Assembly: GCA_963677485.1 (NCBI GenBank)
Contig: OY781964.1
Coordinates: 2,752,001-2,816,000, forward strand
Origin: Armatimonadota bacterium
Lineage (GTDB): Bacteria; Armatimonadota; HRBIN16
Reading direction: 5' to 3'
DNA length: 64,000 nucleotides
The translations under genes were made by a program, and so were the position numbers. Below, piece by piece: positions 48,976 to 58,796 of this stretch; the stretch's first letter is position 1; each line of letters starts with the position of its first letter. Under the pieces are notes generated by a model. The model saw only the letters and a list, made by a program, of their open reading frames with translations. It did not search any database and was not told the origin of the DNA.

Positions 48976-51603
48976 TTACCCGTGGTAGGCTTTGACCAGG
49001 ATATCTTTCAGCTCTGTGACCAGCGGGTATCGCGGGTTTGCGCCTGTGCACTGGTCGTCGAAGGCATTCAGTGCCACATGATCCAGCCGGGCCATGAAGG
49101 CGGTTTCGTCCACCGCGCACTCTTTGAAGCTGCCGGGCATGTTCAGTTTCTGTCTGAGCTCATTCACAGCGGCGATCAAGCTGGCTACGCCCTCTTCGTT
49201 CGTGCTGGCTGGCAGGCCTATCGCAGCCGCAATCTCCTTGTATTTCCGGTCGGCCACCGGGAACTCGTAGTTGGCATACGCGGTATACTTGCTGGGCGTG
49301 GATGCGTTGTAGGCAATCACATGCGGCAGCAGTATCGCATTGGCCCGGCCGTGCGGCACGTGGAACTCGCCGCCGATTTTATGCGCCAGGCTGTGGTTGA
49401 TGCCCAGGAAGGCGTTAGTGAAGGCCATTCCCGCCATGCAGCTTGCGTTATGCATCTTCTCACGCGCCAGCTCGTTACTGGGCTGATCGTAAGCGATTGG
49501 CAGATACTTCATCACCATCCGAGCGGCCTGGATGGCCAGAGCATCGGTGTAATCGCTGGCGAGCACAGACACGTAAGCCTCGATGGCATGGGAAAGCACA
49601 TCCATTCCCGTGTCGGCGGTGACCGACTTTGGCACGCTGTAGGTGAGCTCGGGGTCCAGGATGGCGATGTCCGGCGTCAGCGCATAATCGGCTAGAGGAT
49701 ACTTGATCCCTGCGTTCTTATCTGTGATGACCGCAAATGCGGTGACCTCCGAGCCGGTGCCCGAGGTGGTGGGAATCGCCACGAACACGGCTTTCTTGCC
49801 CAGCACCGGGAACTGCACGGCCCGCTTGCGGATGTCCACAAAGCGAAGCGCCATGTCCTCAAAGCGGGTGTTCGGCTGCTCATAGAACAACCACATGCCC
49901 TTCGCCGCGTCGATGGGCGAGCCGCCGCCGAAGGCTACGATCACATCGGGCTGGTAGTGGCGCATCGCCTCTACACCTTTATATACGGTGTCGGTGCTGG
50001 GATCAGGCTCGACGTCGCTGAAGACCAGCGTATCCAGGCCCGCTTTGTGCAGATACTCCTCCACACGGTGGACAAAGCCCAACTGCACCATGGTGGGGTC
50101 GGTCACGATGAAGGCGCGTTCGCCCTGGATGTTCAGCAGATACTCAAGGCAGCCTTTTTCAAAGTAGACTTTCGGCGGGATTTTGATCCACTTCATGTTG
50201 ACCTTCCGCTTGCTCTGTCGTTTGATGTTCAGCAGGTTTCGCACGCTCACGTTCTCGCTGGTGCTGTTTCCGCCGAACGCGCCGCATCCCAGTGTGAGCG
50301 AGGGGTCCATGCGGTTGTAGATGTCACCGATGGCTCCAAAGCTGGTGGGCACGTTCTCCAGGATTCGGCTGGCGCGGATGCGCTGGCTGTAGGCGTGCAA
50401 TATGACCGGGTTCCGGCTGAAGATTCCTGCACTGTGCCCCAGCCCACCGAAGCCGGTCAGGCGGTCGCAGATGTCCATCGCTTCGTCGGTGGTTTTTGCG
50501 ACGTAGTATCCCAGAATGGGCGAGAGCTTCTCGCGGCTCAGTGGCTCTTGTGGGCCGACTTCGTCCAGAAGGGCGATGAGGATTTTGGTCGCGGCCGGCA
50601 CCGTGAACCCGGCGGCCACAGCGATTTCATTCGCCGGTTGGCCGACGACCGCTGCACTCATGCTGCCGCGCTTTTCATCGATGGCCACCTTCTCCACCAG
50701 CTTCTTTTCCTCTGGGTTGAGCACGTAGGCACCCTGCTGCACGAACCGCTCGAGCACGACCTTGGCGATGACCTCATCGACGACGACAGACTGTTCGCTG
50801 GCGCAGATGGTGCCGTTGTCGAAGGTCTTGCTCAGAATGATGTCATTCACGGCCATGTTGATGTTGGCGCTCTGCTCAATATACACAGGCACGTTGCCAG
50901 GGCCTACGCCCAGCGCCGGCTTGCCGGAGCTGTAGGCGGCGCGAACCATGCCGGATCCGCCCGTGGCCAGGATCAACGAGACACCGCTGTGCTTCATCAG
51001 CTCGTTCGTCTTGTCCACGGTGGGCAGCGTGATCCACTGGATGCAGTGGGCAGGGGCACCAGCGGCCACGGCTGCGTCACGCATCACTCGGGCTGCCTCC
51101 GCGCTGCACGCCTGTGCTTTGGGATGGAACGAGAAGATGATGGGATTACGTGTCTTCATCGCGATCAGCGACTTGAACATCGTGGTGGAGGTGGGGTTGG
51201 TGACCGGCGTGATACCCGCGATGACGCCCACGGGGTCGGCGATCTCCACGATACCCTCTTTGTCGTCCACGGTGATCTCACCGACGGTCTTTTCGTTCTT
51301 GATGTCGTGATATATATACTCAGTGGAGAACAGGTTTTTGGTGACCTTGTCCTCGAATACGCCCATACCGGTCTCTTCCACCGCCATGCGGGCCAGGTCG
51401 AGGCGCTTGGCTACCCCGGCCAGGGCCATTGCGCGGACGATGGCGTCCACCTGCACCTGGTCTAGTTGCATGAACTGCTGCAGTGCCTCAGAACCGTTGG
51501 CTACGAGCTGTTGCACCTCATTGTCGATCATGGGTTCTACTGGTTCCGCGGCCGCTGTTTCTGGCGTAACGGCCTGCTTTTTATTCGTAGCTTGTGCGCT
51601 CAT
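48976..51603 (-). CDS. adhE: Bifunctional acetaldehyde-CoA/alcohol dehydrogenase
   Basis: TPVTNPTST, GVGPGN, FDNGTICASEQ, GGGSPIDAAK, PTTSGTGSE and HSLAHK. Confidence 0.97.
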   Translation of the reverse strand: MSAQATNKKQAVTPETAAAEPVEPMIDNEVQQLVANGSEALQQFMQLDQVQVDAIVRAMALAGVAKRLDLARMAVEETGMGVFEDKVTKNLFSTEYIYHDIKNEKTVGEITVDDKEGIVEIADPVGVIAGITPVTNPTSTTMFKSLIAMKTRNPIIFSFHPKAQACSAEAARVMRDAAVAAGAPAHCIQWITLPTVDKTNELMKHSGVSLILATGGSGMVRAAYSSGKPALGVGPGNVPVYIEQSANINMAVNDIILSKTFDNGTICASEQSVVVDEVIAKVVLERFVQQGAYVLNPEEKKLVEKVAIDEKRGSMSAAVVGQPANEIAVAAGFTVPAATKILIALLDEVGPQEPLSREKLSPILGYYVAKTTDEAMDICDRLTGFGGLGHSAGIFSRNPVILHAYSQRIRASRILENVPTSFGAIGDIYNRMDPSLTLGCGAFGGNSTSENVSVRNLLNIKRQSKRKVNMKWIKIPPKVYFEKGCLEYLLNIQGERAFIVTDPTMVQLGFVHRVEEYLHKAGLDTLVFSDVEPDPSTDTVYKGVEAMRHYQPDVIVAFGGGSPIDAAKGMWLFYEQPNTRFEDMALRFVDIRKRAVQFPVLGKKAVFVAIPTTSGTGSEVTAFAVITDKNAGIKYPLADYALTPDIAILDPELTYSVPKSVTADTGMDVLSHAIEAYVSVLASDYTDALAIQAARMVMKYLPIAYDQPSNELAREKMHNASCMAGMAFTNAFLGINHSLAHKIGGEFHVPHGRANAILLPHVIAYNASTPSKYTAYANYEFPVADRKYKEIAAAIGLPASTNEEGVASLIAAVNELRQKLNMPGSFKECAVDETAFMARLDHVALNAFDDQCTGANPRYPLVTELKDILVKAYHG

Positions 51604-51722
51604 TGCATTATCCTTTCGCTCATTTGACGATGAGACTGTGCGTATCCTTAGTATAGAAGTCTGGGTAACTGACTAATTGTCACCGCAGAATATATCGCTT
51701 AGTTTATATCGATACTTATTTA

Positions 51723-51740
51723 TCGATATCTATTTCACGA
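51723..51740. promoter_or_regulatory. Possible degenerate Rex operator upstream of adhE
   Basis: TCGATATCTATTTCACGA has one good half-site, in an AT-rich leader. adhE is a common Rex target. Confidence 0.35.
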
Positions 51741-52005
51741 TACCATGTAATGAACGGGTGATGCAACTGGCAGCAGCATTTCTGTTGGGCGAGTATGGGT
51801 AAAATAAGTGGGATTGTACCGATGATACGCAGAAATGATACGCTATGGTCGTTTTAACCGGCTGCTTGTGAGCCGATGCAGACTGGGTAGGTTGGCGTTT
51901 TGGGTGATTGGTTTGGAGCATATAGGCTGTAGCGAAACCCGACGCCGCGACATCAATGTCAGTCTATTACCCACAAATACATAACGCACGATAGAGGTCT
52001 TCCGG

Positions 52006-52214
52006 GCACCCACGAAGTGGGTAGGATTCTTATAGCCAGGGGTGAGCGAAGCGATACCCCTGGAAAAGGGCACACCATCCTTACCCCGAAGTGGGTCGAA
52101 CCTGATGTTTACGGCAACAGACCCACGTTCGTGGGTAGATGGTGTCAGGCAATCCCCCACGGGTTGCGCTTCGCTTCCCCGTGGCTACAAGAATCTTACC
52201 CACTTCGTGGGTGC
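52006..52214. repeat. REPIN-like long hairpin
   Basis: GCACCCACGAAGTGGGTAGGATTCTTATAGCCAGGGG pairs with CCCCGTGGCTACAAGAATCTTACCCACTTCGTGGGTGC. Internal hairpins GCGAAGCG / CGCTTCGC. Confidence 0.8.
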
Positions 52215-52301
52215 TGGACACCGCATTGACACAGATTTGGCCGGTCTAGATCATAACAGGTAATCCAATTTAGGTATGTAGATAATGCCGTGCAGTCCTC
52301 A

Positions 52302-52931
52302 TTATTCATACTGCTTCAGCATCAACGCCCCGAAGTTGTGTACCTTGGCGGCGATGATCAACAGCAGCAGTCCAAAAATGATGCCGTATGGGGCGATCAG
52401 CCAATCCATATGGAGAGTCGCGGCGTCATGTTTTACCAGCAGCATCGCGCCAAAGATGATGGAGGAGATCCCGAAGAGCACAAACACCCACTCTCCATAC
52501 ACCTCCGACTGGAGGCTGATCTTGTAAACATCCGAGCGCAGATAGAGCGTGGCGATCACTTCAAGAATACCTGTGGCGATGGCCCAGATTGCGACGTAGG
52601 ATAACAGCAGCATAGCCGTTTTGCCGGGGGCAATGAGTGTCAGTGCGCCGACGGCGAGGCTGATCACTCCCCAGACGAAGATGATCCACCAGTAGTGTTG
52701 GCCCTGCAATCCCGCCATGGCGGTGGCGATACCAAGAATTCCATCTACCAGGGTGTAGGCGCCGAACAGCAGCATCAGGGGGGTGATGGTATCATTTGGC
52801 AGGCACCACGCCATCACGCCGAACATGATGGCCAGCAGACCACGGGACAGCAAGACGGCCCATGATTTATACAGTGTGGCGATTAGGGGGTAATTCCTGG
52901 GATCCGTTCTGGGGTTAATTCTTCGCTTCAT
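52302..52931 (-). CDS. HdeD/DUF308-family membrane protein
   Basis: 'W.VLLSRGLLAIMFG...LLFGAYTLVDG...AIWAIATGILEV...GEW...GISSIIFG'. Confidence 0.85.
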   Translation of the reverse strand: MKRRINPRTDPRNYPLIATLYKSWAVLLSRGLLAIMFGVMAWCLPNDTITPLMLLFGAYTLVDGILGIATAMAGLQGQHYWWIIFVWGVISLAVGALTLIAPGKTAMLLLSYVAIWAIATGILEVIATLYLRSDVYKISLQSEVYGEWVFVLFGISSIIFGAMLLVKHDAATLHMDWLIAPYGIIFGLLLLIIAAKVHNFGALMLKQYE

Positions 52932-53052
52932 ATTACACTCCGTTTGGTTAAGTATCGTGAAGCCCAAGAGTCGTATTGCGGACCGAACTACAGCCTTACA
53001 TGGTCACAATTTGATGATAACACGTGTTAGCAGATTTGTACACAAGCACCCA

Positions 53053-53157
53053 TTCACGCGAAGACGCGAAGGGCTGACGCACAACGCGAATACGCAAGGG
53101 TGCAAGGACGCAAGGAGGAGTAAAGATGCCTGGATTATCCACGATTGGACACGAATG
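53053..53157. repeat. Triplet-module repeat array
   Basis: TCACGCGAAGACGCGAAGGG; CAACGCGAATACGCAAGGGTGCAAGGACGCAAGG; ATCCACGATTGGACACGAAT. Confidence 0.7.
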
Positions 53158-53292
53158 CAGAATGGTTCACGCTAGGTTGGCCACAATCCTGGCGCGCGTG
53201 CTCTGAAGAAGGTGCAGCGATTCGGTGTCCAGATAGACACCAAATTGAATACCCGAGTGGTGCAGAGCCTCTCGCTTCGGACTGGTTTTCGC

Positions 53293-54507
53293 CTACGGCG
53301 CCATTGTGAGCGTCCACTGCCAATCCCGGCGTGCGGTCGCATCGATGCGAGCTCGCTCCTTCTCTTGAATCGACTTGTCCATGTCCTTGAGCAGTGCCTG
53401 ACGCTCGGCTTCGCCCCCCTTGGGTACGTCCCATAGGCTCGTTCGCCAGCGCTTGAAGTAGAGCTCCTCCTGCTCACTGGAGATACGATTCACCTTTTCG
53501 CCGAGGATCTGCCACGGGCCGGGCATCGTGGCCAGATTCACACCCGCCTCAAGATCGTTCGCGGAGAACGTTCCGATGTCTATGCCTTGGACTACCAGCT
53601 TCCAGTTGCCCGTTTTGAGTCCAGCGATGCTAAGCGGGTAGTAATCCAGTTCTTGTATGATCGGGAAGAACGCGAATGTCGCCGACGCATCCGAGTCGAA
53701 GCTCGTGGGAAGCGCCGCATCGATGCGGGTGAAGCTCACGGTATTTGCCAGAATCTTCAGGCCGAAGATCTTACAGCGGTCGGCACGAATTCTTCCGTTT
53801 CGAGCATCGATCTTCAGTCCCGAAGGTTGCTCATCACATCCCATCGCCCTCAGCAGACCGTATGCCATTATCGCATGGCCGGAATCGTTGGGGTGAATTT
53901 GATCCGGGATCATCATGAACTTCGGATCCAACGCCAAGGCCCTATTCCGGATATCTAACATAAGGGAGTGGATGTCATAGACCGGCACGTGCTCGCTAGC
54001 CGCAAGGTTGGCTACCCCCTTGGCAAACAGACCAAGTGTAGCATTGTATCTGGAGGCCGGGTTGCGGGCTTGCACACAGCCGGGAGTAAGCAACACTACC
54101 TTCGCTCTAGCCTTCTTAAGCTCGGTAACCAGACCAGTCATGCCGGTCATGTATTCCTTGAAACCAGCCAGATCAAAATCCTTGTAGCCAGCATCGTTCA
54201 TGCCGAAGCAAATGCTGACCACGTTTGGTTTGAGTGCCAGAACATCCCGCTGCAACCGTCCAAGTCCGCCCGGCGCGGTGTCACCGCTCCACCCTGCGTT
54301 GCGGAACGTGATATCCGAACCCGGATACCGCAGTGTAAAGTAGTTCATCACGTAGCGCGAGTAGATGAGCTGCTGAGTGATACTGTCCCCGAGAAACACC
54401 ATCCGCTCACCCTGCCTAAGCAACGGCTTCGCATACAAACCAGCGTCACAAGCAAGCAAGGCCACCATCACGACCGCGCAGATCGCAGAACGTCTCATTA
54501 GGTTCAT
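53293..54507 (-). CDS. Secreted SGNH/GDSL hydrolase
   Basis: VFLGDSIT, NAGWSG, FGMND and DQIHPN, with a signal peptide. Confidence 0.9.
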   Translation of the reverse strand: MNLMRRSAICAVVMVALLACDAGLYAKPLLRQGERMVFLGDSITQQLIYSRYVMNYFTLRYPGSDITFRNAGWSGDTAPGGLGRLQRDVLALKPNVVSICFGMNDAGYKDFDLAGFKEYMTGMTGLVTELKKARAKVVLLTPGCVQARNPASRYNATLGLFAKGVANLAASEHVPVYDIHSLMLDIRNRALALDPKFMMIPDQIHPNDSGHAIMAYGLLRAMGCDEQPSGLKIDARNGRIRADRCKIFGLKILANTVSFTRIDAALPTSFDSDASATFAFFPIIQELDYYPLSIAGLKTGNWKLVVQGIDIGTFSANDLEAGVNLATMPGPWQILGEKVNRISSEQEELYFKRWRTSLWDVPKGGEAERQALLKDMDKSIQEKERARIDATARRDWQWTLTMAP

Positions 54508-55696
54508 TTCTTCCTCCTGAAGATCGTTTTTAATGCACGGTCGTAAGCAAAGGGTCGGCGCCAAAACCAGCCCCTACTCTGACCACACTTTCAACTTTTC
54601 ACTTTGGGTTACGACTGCCCCCTACTGAGGCTTCACAACCCGTTAGGCTTGAACCCGCGTAGGTTTATGTCAATCGTGTCGATCGCGAAGTAATAGCGAT
54701 TCCCCAGGTTGCGTTTTCCGCCAACGCCAACCGCAATGGTATGGTTACCGGGACCAGGATCAGTCGCGACCCCGGCAGGCTTGCAGTAACTATGGTGGCA
54801 ATCTGCTGCGCTCACGGATGTCCATCCGACCATAGCTTGTCGGCGATCTCTTGCTGGAGACGAACCCGCGACCCACAGCTCATAGCTCGAGTTCTGGGAA
54901 GCACGATAGGAAATCGATTAAGTCTTATAGTTATTTTTGATAGTTCAGGCCTTACATTTACGACGACGATCGCCTTCTTGAGGTTCCGGGAGCGTCTGTT
55001 CAGTTCTCCGGGAAAAATCTACTCCAGTAGCCCTGTGTAGCGAGGCACGAGCGTATCGAAGAGTAGCCAATCCTCGACCGTGCTTCATTCCCGCCGTCGC
55101 TGGTGATAAAACCATCTTCCTCATCCGCGCGAAGTTGCGAGCCTGATAGCTCGGATGGTCGGCACATCTCATTCGTTTGACCGGAGTTCAACTCATCTCG
55201 TCACAATATGCATTGATCAGTACTATGTACGGCGAAGCCTTTCCGACGGCATTCAGAACTGTAACAGTAGCCATGCAGCCTAATTCCGGCGCGGTCTGGC
55301 GGTTCGCCCCATCATCAATGCGCCAATTGGCTGCAGGTTTGGTCACCCACACCGTTACGAACCGCGGAGCTGAAGGTCCTGGGCAGCGCCGTTGCGGGTT
55401 CCTGCACCGCACGGCTGATTGATTGCGGCTGGTGTCGATTCGCTCGGTTTGCGCAGGGAATATAGTATGGCATTTCGGTCGACACGCATATTCATGACCT
55501 CAGTCAGCACGAGGGTGAACCGATATGATTTTGTCGACACATAGGGGTATTATGAAGATGCTCTTAACGGATTGGCGTAAGGCCAATTCGGAAGGGGATG
55601 CTGCTATGATGACCCAAAAAATACCATTATTAAGCTGTGGAGTTAACTCATGCTTGCTAGCTACCCGGCCTATAGAACGGAGCCGACATCAACGCC

Positions 55697-56188
55697 ATGG
55701 TAGATGCAAAGTGTTACAAAATAGTGAACAGTATCTCTGTTAAGATGGCGGTATATGCCAAGTGCATTGTGGGTATAGCACTTATGCTCTACTTGATGCT
55801 TGTGTTATCTCCATCGGCATTCAATCCCGTTCTATTGACCTTTTTGGTGTTTTGGATATTGATGGGAGGACCCCTGACACTTATTGCCCCCCTCACAACA
55901 TGTATATTTATCACTCACCGAGGTATCAGTCTGGTGACAGCGTCTACACGACAATACCAACCTACCATTAGTTGGGAGCAACTGATAGAGGTAGAAATAC
56001 ATCGTAGTCACGCATCTGGTATCAGCAAAGTTGTGGTATACGGACAATATGAGCCACAGAAAAATGGCCAGACTACTACATTACGGAAGAGGATCGTGAT
56101 CCCCGGGAACCATCCCGATATCCTGCGGATCGTGAATGATATACGCGAAATTGCACCGGATAAGTTCAGTGATATTAATGACAAATAA
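55697..56188 (+). CDS. Hypothetical membrane protein (2 TMs plus a bacterial PH-like domain)
   Basis: Two hydrophobic helices, then 'ITHRGISL...ISWEQLIEVEI'. Confidence 0.55.
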   Translation: MVDAKCYKIVNSISVKMAVYAKCIVGIALMLYLMLVLSPSAFNPVLLTFLVFWILMGGPLTLIAPLTTCIFITHRGISLVTASTRQYQPTISWEQLIEVEIHRSHASGISKVVVYGQYEPQKNGQTTTLRKRIVIPGNHPDILRIVNDIREIAPDKFSDINDK

Positions 56189-57278
56189 TACCATAGTGAC
56201 CGACAAAAATCCAAACATGGCGATCCGTGAAGCTTTACGCCGGATGATCCCACTGCTGTGTGTTCTGGCTGCGGTGTGGTGTGCCTTCAAACCAGGGTAT
56301 ATGGTCACCGTGCACCCGGTGCCTTTGGCTATGCTCATCCCCGTAAGGCCAGGGGATGCCGAACGCACGAAACTGATCACTGCTGCTAAAAATGGAGAGC
56401 TGAGTCCGGGGCAGTCATTGCAAGCGTGGACGTTAGTGTGGAAGCGAAACAAATTCGTTAAGGGGCATCCAAACGAATGGCAAGCCATCGTCAGCCAGAT
56501 CAACAGAGATGCTGATGGTCACATAGATATCCCGCTCAACACCATCCCTACTCCCAGATATAGTTTTACCAAGGTATCGGTTGACACCGCGATGATGGTG
56601 GATATGTCGTATCGGCTGAGGAAGCTGGTTCCGTTCTGGCTGCTTGGTGCGTTGTTAGTTTATGTTCTCATCCCCTGGCCTCCAAAGAATTCAGATATAG
56701 TATTCGGGCGTAAACGATGGGGCAGCATCATTTTGCCGGACTGGGTTGGTTTGATGCTCACTGGGTGCTTTATGGTTTTGGTCATCCCTGCTGTTACAGG
56801 ATATTCCATATACCCAGCTCCGATGCCTGGACTTCAATGGAGTTTGATGTATATATTGTCGGGGACGAGTTTCTTGGTAGTAGCTTGGTACAATGGCTGT
56901 ACTTATGTGAGGCTTACAAATCAGCAGCTTGAACTCCGATCACCAAGAGGTATGGAAGCTGTCGCTTATGACCAGATTGAAAGCATTGAATTATGCCAAA
57001 TTACCGCCCCAGGGTGGGTTCAGTGGATTGCTCTTGTCATGGTGCCCTTTACTTTATGTACGGTAATGTACACCCGTAAGCAGCTTCTTGAGACACGGTC
57101 CGGAGCGATAATCACCATGAGAAATGGCGATGCGAAACGCTGTGTGCTAGATAACATAGTTGCCTACGACGAACTGTTAAAGTTGCTACAGACCAAATCA
57201 AACTGTAAGCTTATTGGATTTGATCTGCAATGCCTGGCATTACTGCGAAGCAAAGGATTCACCATGGGGCCAATCTAG
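56178..57278 (+). CDS. Hypothetical membrane protein with a C-terminal PH-like domain
   Basis: Several TMs, then 'VRLTNQQLELRS...VAYDQIESIEL'. Overlaps the upstream stop. Confidence 0.6.
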   Translation: MTNNTIVTDKNPNMAIREALRRMIPLLCVLAAVWCAFKPGYMVTVHPVPLAMLIPVRPGDAERTKLITAAKNGELSPGQSLQAWTLVWKRNKFVKGHPNEWQAIVSQINRDADGHIDIPLNTIPTPRYSFTKVSVDTAMMVDMSYRLRKLVPFWLLGALLVYVLIPWPPKNSDIVFGRKRWGSIILPDWVGLMLTGCFMVLVIPAVTGYSIYPAPMPGLQWSLMYILSGTSFLVVAWYNGCTYVRLTNQQLELRSPRGMEAVAYDQIESIELCQITAPGWVQWIALVMVPFTLCTVMYTRKQLLETRSGAIITMRNGDAKRCVLDNIVAYDELLKLLQTKSNCKLIGFDLQCLALLRSKGFTMGPI

Positions 57279-57305
57279 CCGCTTGTTTTGGTTAAAGGGG
57301 GAGCT

Positions 57306-57434
57306 CAACGCAAAGACGCAGAGGTGCAAGGACGCAAGGGTATGTGACCGCGCCGGTTTTTCAGAGCACTTACAATCGCCATACGGCCCATCTCCAACGC
57401 GGTCTGGCTTGTAGGGGCGATTCGCGAATCGCCC
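57306..57434. repeat. Triplet module plus GTAG-REP
   Basis: CAACGCAAAGACGCAGAGGTGCAAGGACGCAAGG and GTAGGGGCGATTCGCGAATCGCCC (a variant of the latter is at 33914-33933). Confidence 0.7.
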
Positions 57435-57468
57435 TTCCTGCGCCGGAGGTTTTATCACCCACCCGCTC

Positions 57469-58764
57469 CTACTTCTTCAGATACAGCAGCATCCCCTGGC
57501 CAGGGGCGAGGAAGCGGTTCTCACCAGAGAACTCTATGTCGATGCCGCGGTAGGCGTTGACGCTCATCACGGTACCGGTATCGTTGAAGCTGGGGTTGAA
57601 GTATGTGCTGTTGGTCAGGTTCTTGTTCACCACCATGATGTAAGGGGTTCGATCCGGCCCCACAAACTCACCTACCAGCAGGTCTTTACCCTCAATCGCC
57701 TTGAGGTGATGGCTGCTATCTAGCCCTCTGCACCCGAGTGGAACGTTGGGGGTATGGAATACATTCACGCTCTTCAGCTTCAGGTATGAGGGTGCCAGCC
57801 GGTGAATCTGCAAGTTGGCCATGCGGATGTGTTCCCAGGTCAGGGTTCTACGGCCAAACTGGTCAATCGCCGCCAACCGATAACTACCGATGGGCGGGGT
57901 GTAGTAAGTGAAGTATGCCAGCCCCTTCACACCATACGCCAGGCTGGTATACATTTGCAGGTATATAGTGGCCTGACTGGGCTCAGCATATTCAAAGTGG
58001 GCTGTTCCTAACACGATATTCCAGAAGGGGAGTTGATACTGCAGTGCCTTAGCCCGCATCGCCTCCAGATTGGAGTAATAGCGGTCCGCATCCAGACCGC
58101 GGCCCTCGAACAATGAGTAGTTATCGTAACTTAGGAATGCGGGTCGGCACTGCTGCACGAATTGGTCGATGTAGTCGTCGTAACTATCAGCACCCAGTTG
58201 TTCATTTGTGGCATAGTTGGGCAGCAGATTGATGTATGGCAGTTTGCTATTATCCGCGGCTCGAATAGCTTTGGCGGCTTTAGCCAGCCGCGGGAAGGCA
58301 CTGGTATGGGGTTCATCTATGATGTAGATACCCAGCAATGCGGGGTCGTTCTTGTATGGTGTTAAAAACTTCGCAGCCGCTGTCAGTGCTTCTGCATCGC
58401 TCATCGTGTCGGTGATCGGGCTTCCGGTTGCGATGACGGATAGACCGTATTTACGGGCATACTTGACCGTATCTATACTGGCAAAGCCCGTGGTATTGAA
58501 GCCACATTCCCAGAGGTCCTTCATAGCAGCATCCAATTTCGGCACGCCGTCCCAAAAAGCGTTCGGCCAGAAACTGCCGGTCTTATTCAGTTCAGGCATT
58601 CCACCCCAGGGCATAATGACGAACTCCTGCGCACTCACCCGGCCTTTCGTATACATCGGGTTAGCCTCTTTAGCCGCTTGCGCGCCGACGGTCATACTCG
58701 CGAGCATCAAGCCGCACAGCAGCAGTGTTCGTAGATGCATGTTTTTCTCCTTCATCGTAATCAT
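57469..58764 (-). CDS. Secreted glycoside hydrolase-like TIM-barrel protein (clan GH-A-like)
   Basis: Signal peptide, 'PALLGIYIIDEP', 'PYINLLPNY', 'LSYDNY' and 'SLAYGVKGLAYFTY'. Confidence 0.65.
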   Translation of the reverse strand: MITMKEKNMHLRTLLLCGLMLASMTVGAQAAKEANPMYTKGRVSAQEFVIMPWGGMPELNKTGSFWPNAFWDGVPKLDAAMKDLWECGFNTTGFASIDTVKYARKYGLSVIATGSPITDTMSDAEALTAAAKFLTPYKNDPALLGIYIIDEPHTSAFPRLAKAAKAIRAADNSKLPYINLLPNYATNEQLGADSYDDYIDQFVQQCRPAFLSYDNYSLFEGRGLDADRYYSNLEAMRAKALQYQLPFWNIVLGTAHFEYAEPSQATIYLQMYTSLAYGVKGLAYFTYYTPPIGSYRLAAIDQFGRRTLTWEHIRMANLQIHRLAPSYLKLKSVNVFHTPNVPLGCRGLDSSHHLKAIEGKDLLVGEFVGPDRTPYIMVVNKNLTNSTYFNPSFNDTGTVMSVNAYRGIDIEFSGENRFLAPGQGMLLYLKK

Positions 58765-58796
58765 AACCCACCACTTTTTCAGCGGGACGTCGACAT

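Noticed and set aside
49957-51465. 502-aa plus-strand ORF, and similar long antisense ORFs (11559..12659, 18252..19148, 22750..23679)
   Set aside because: They are shadow frames opposite well-supported genes in GC-rich DNA and carry no recognisable motifs.
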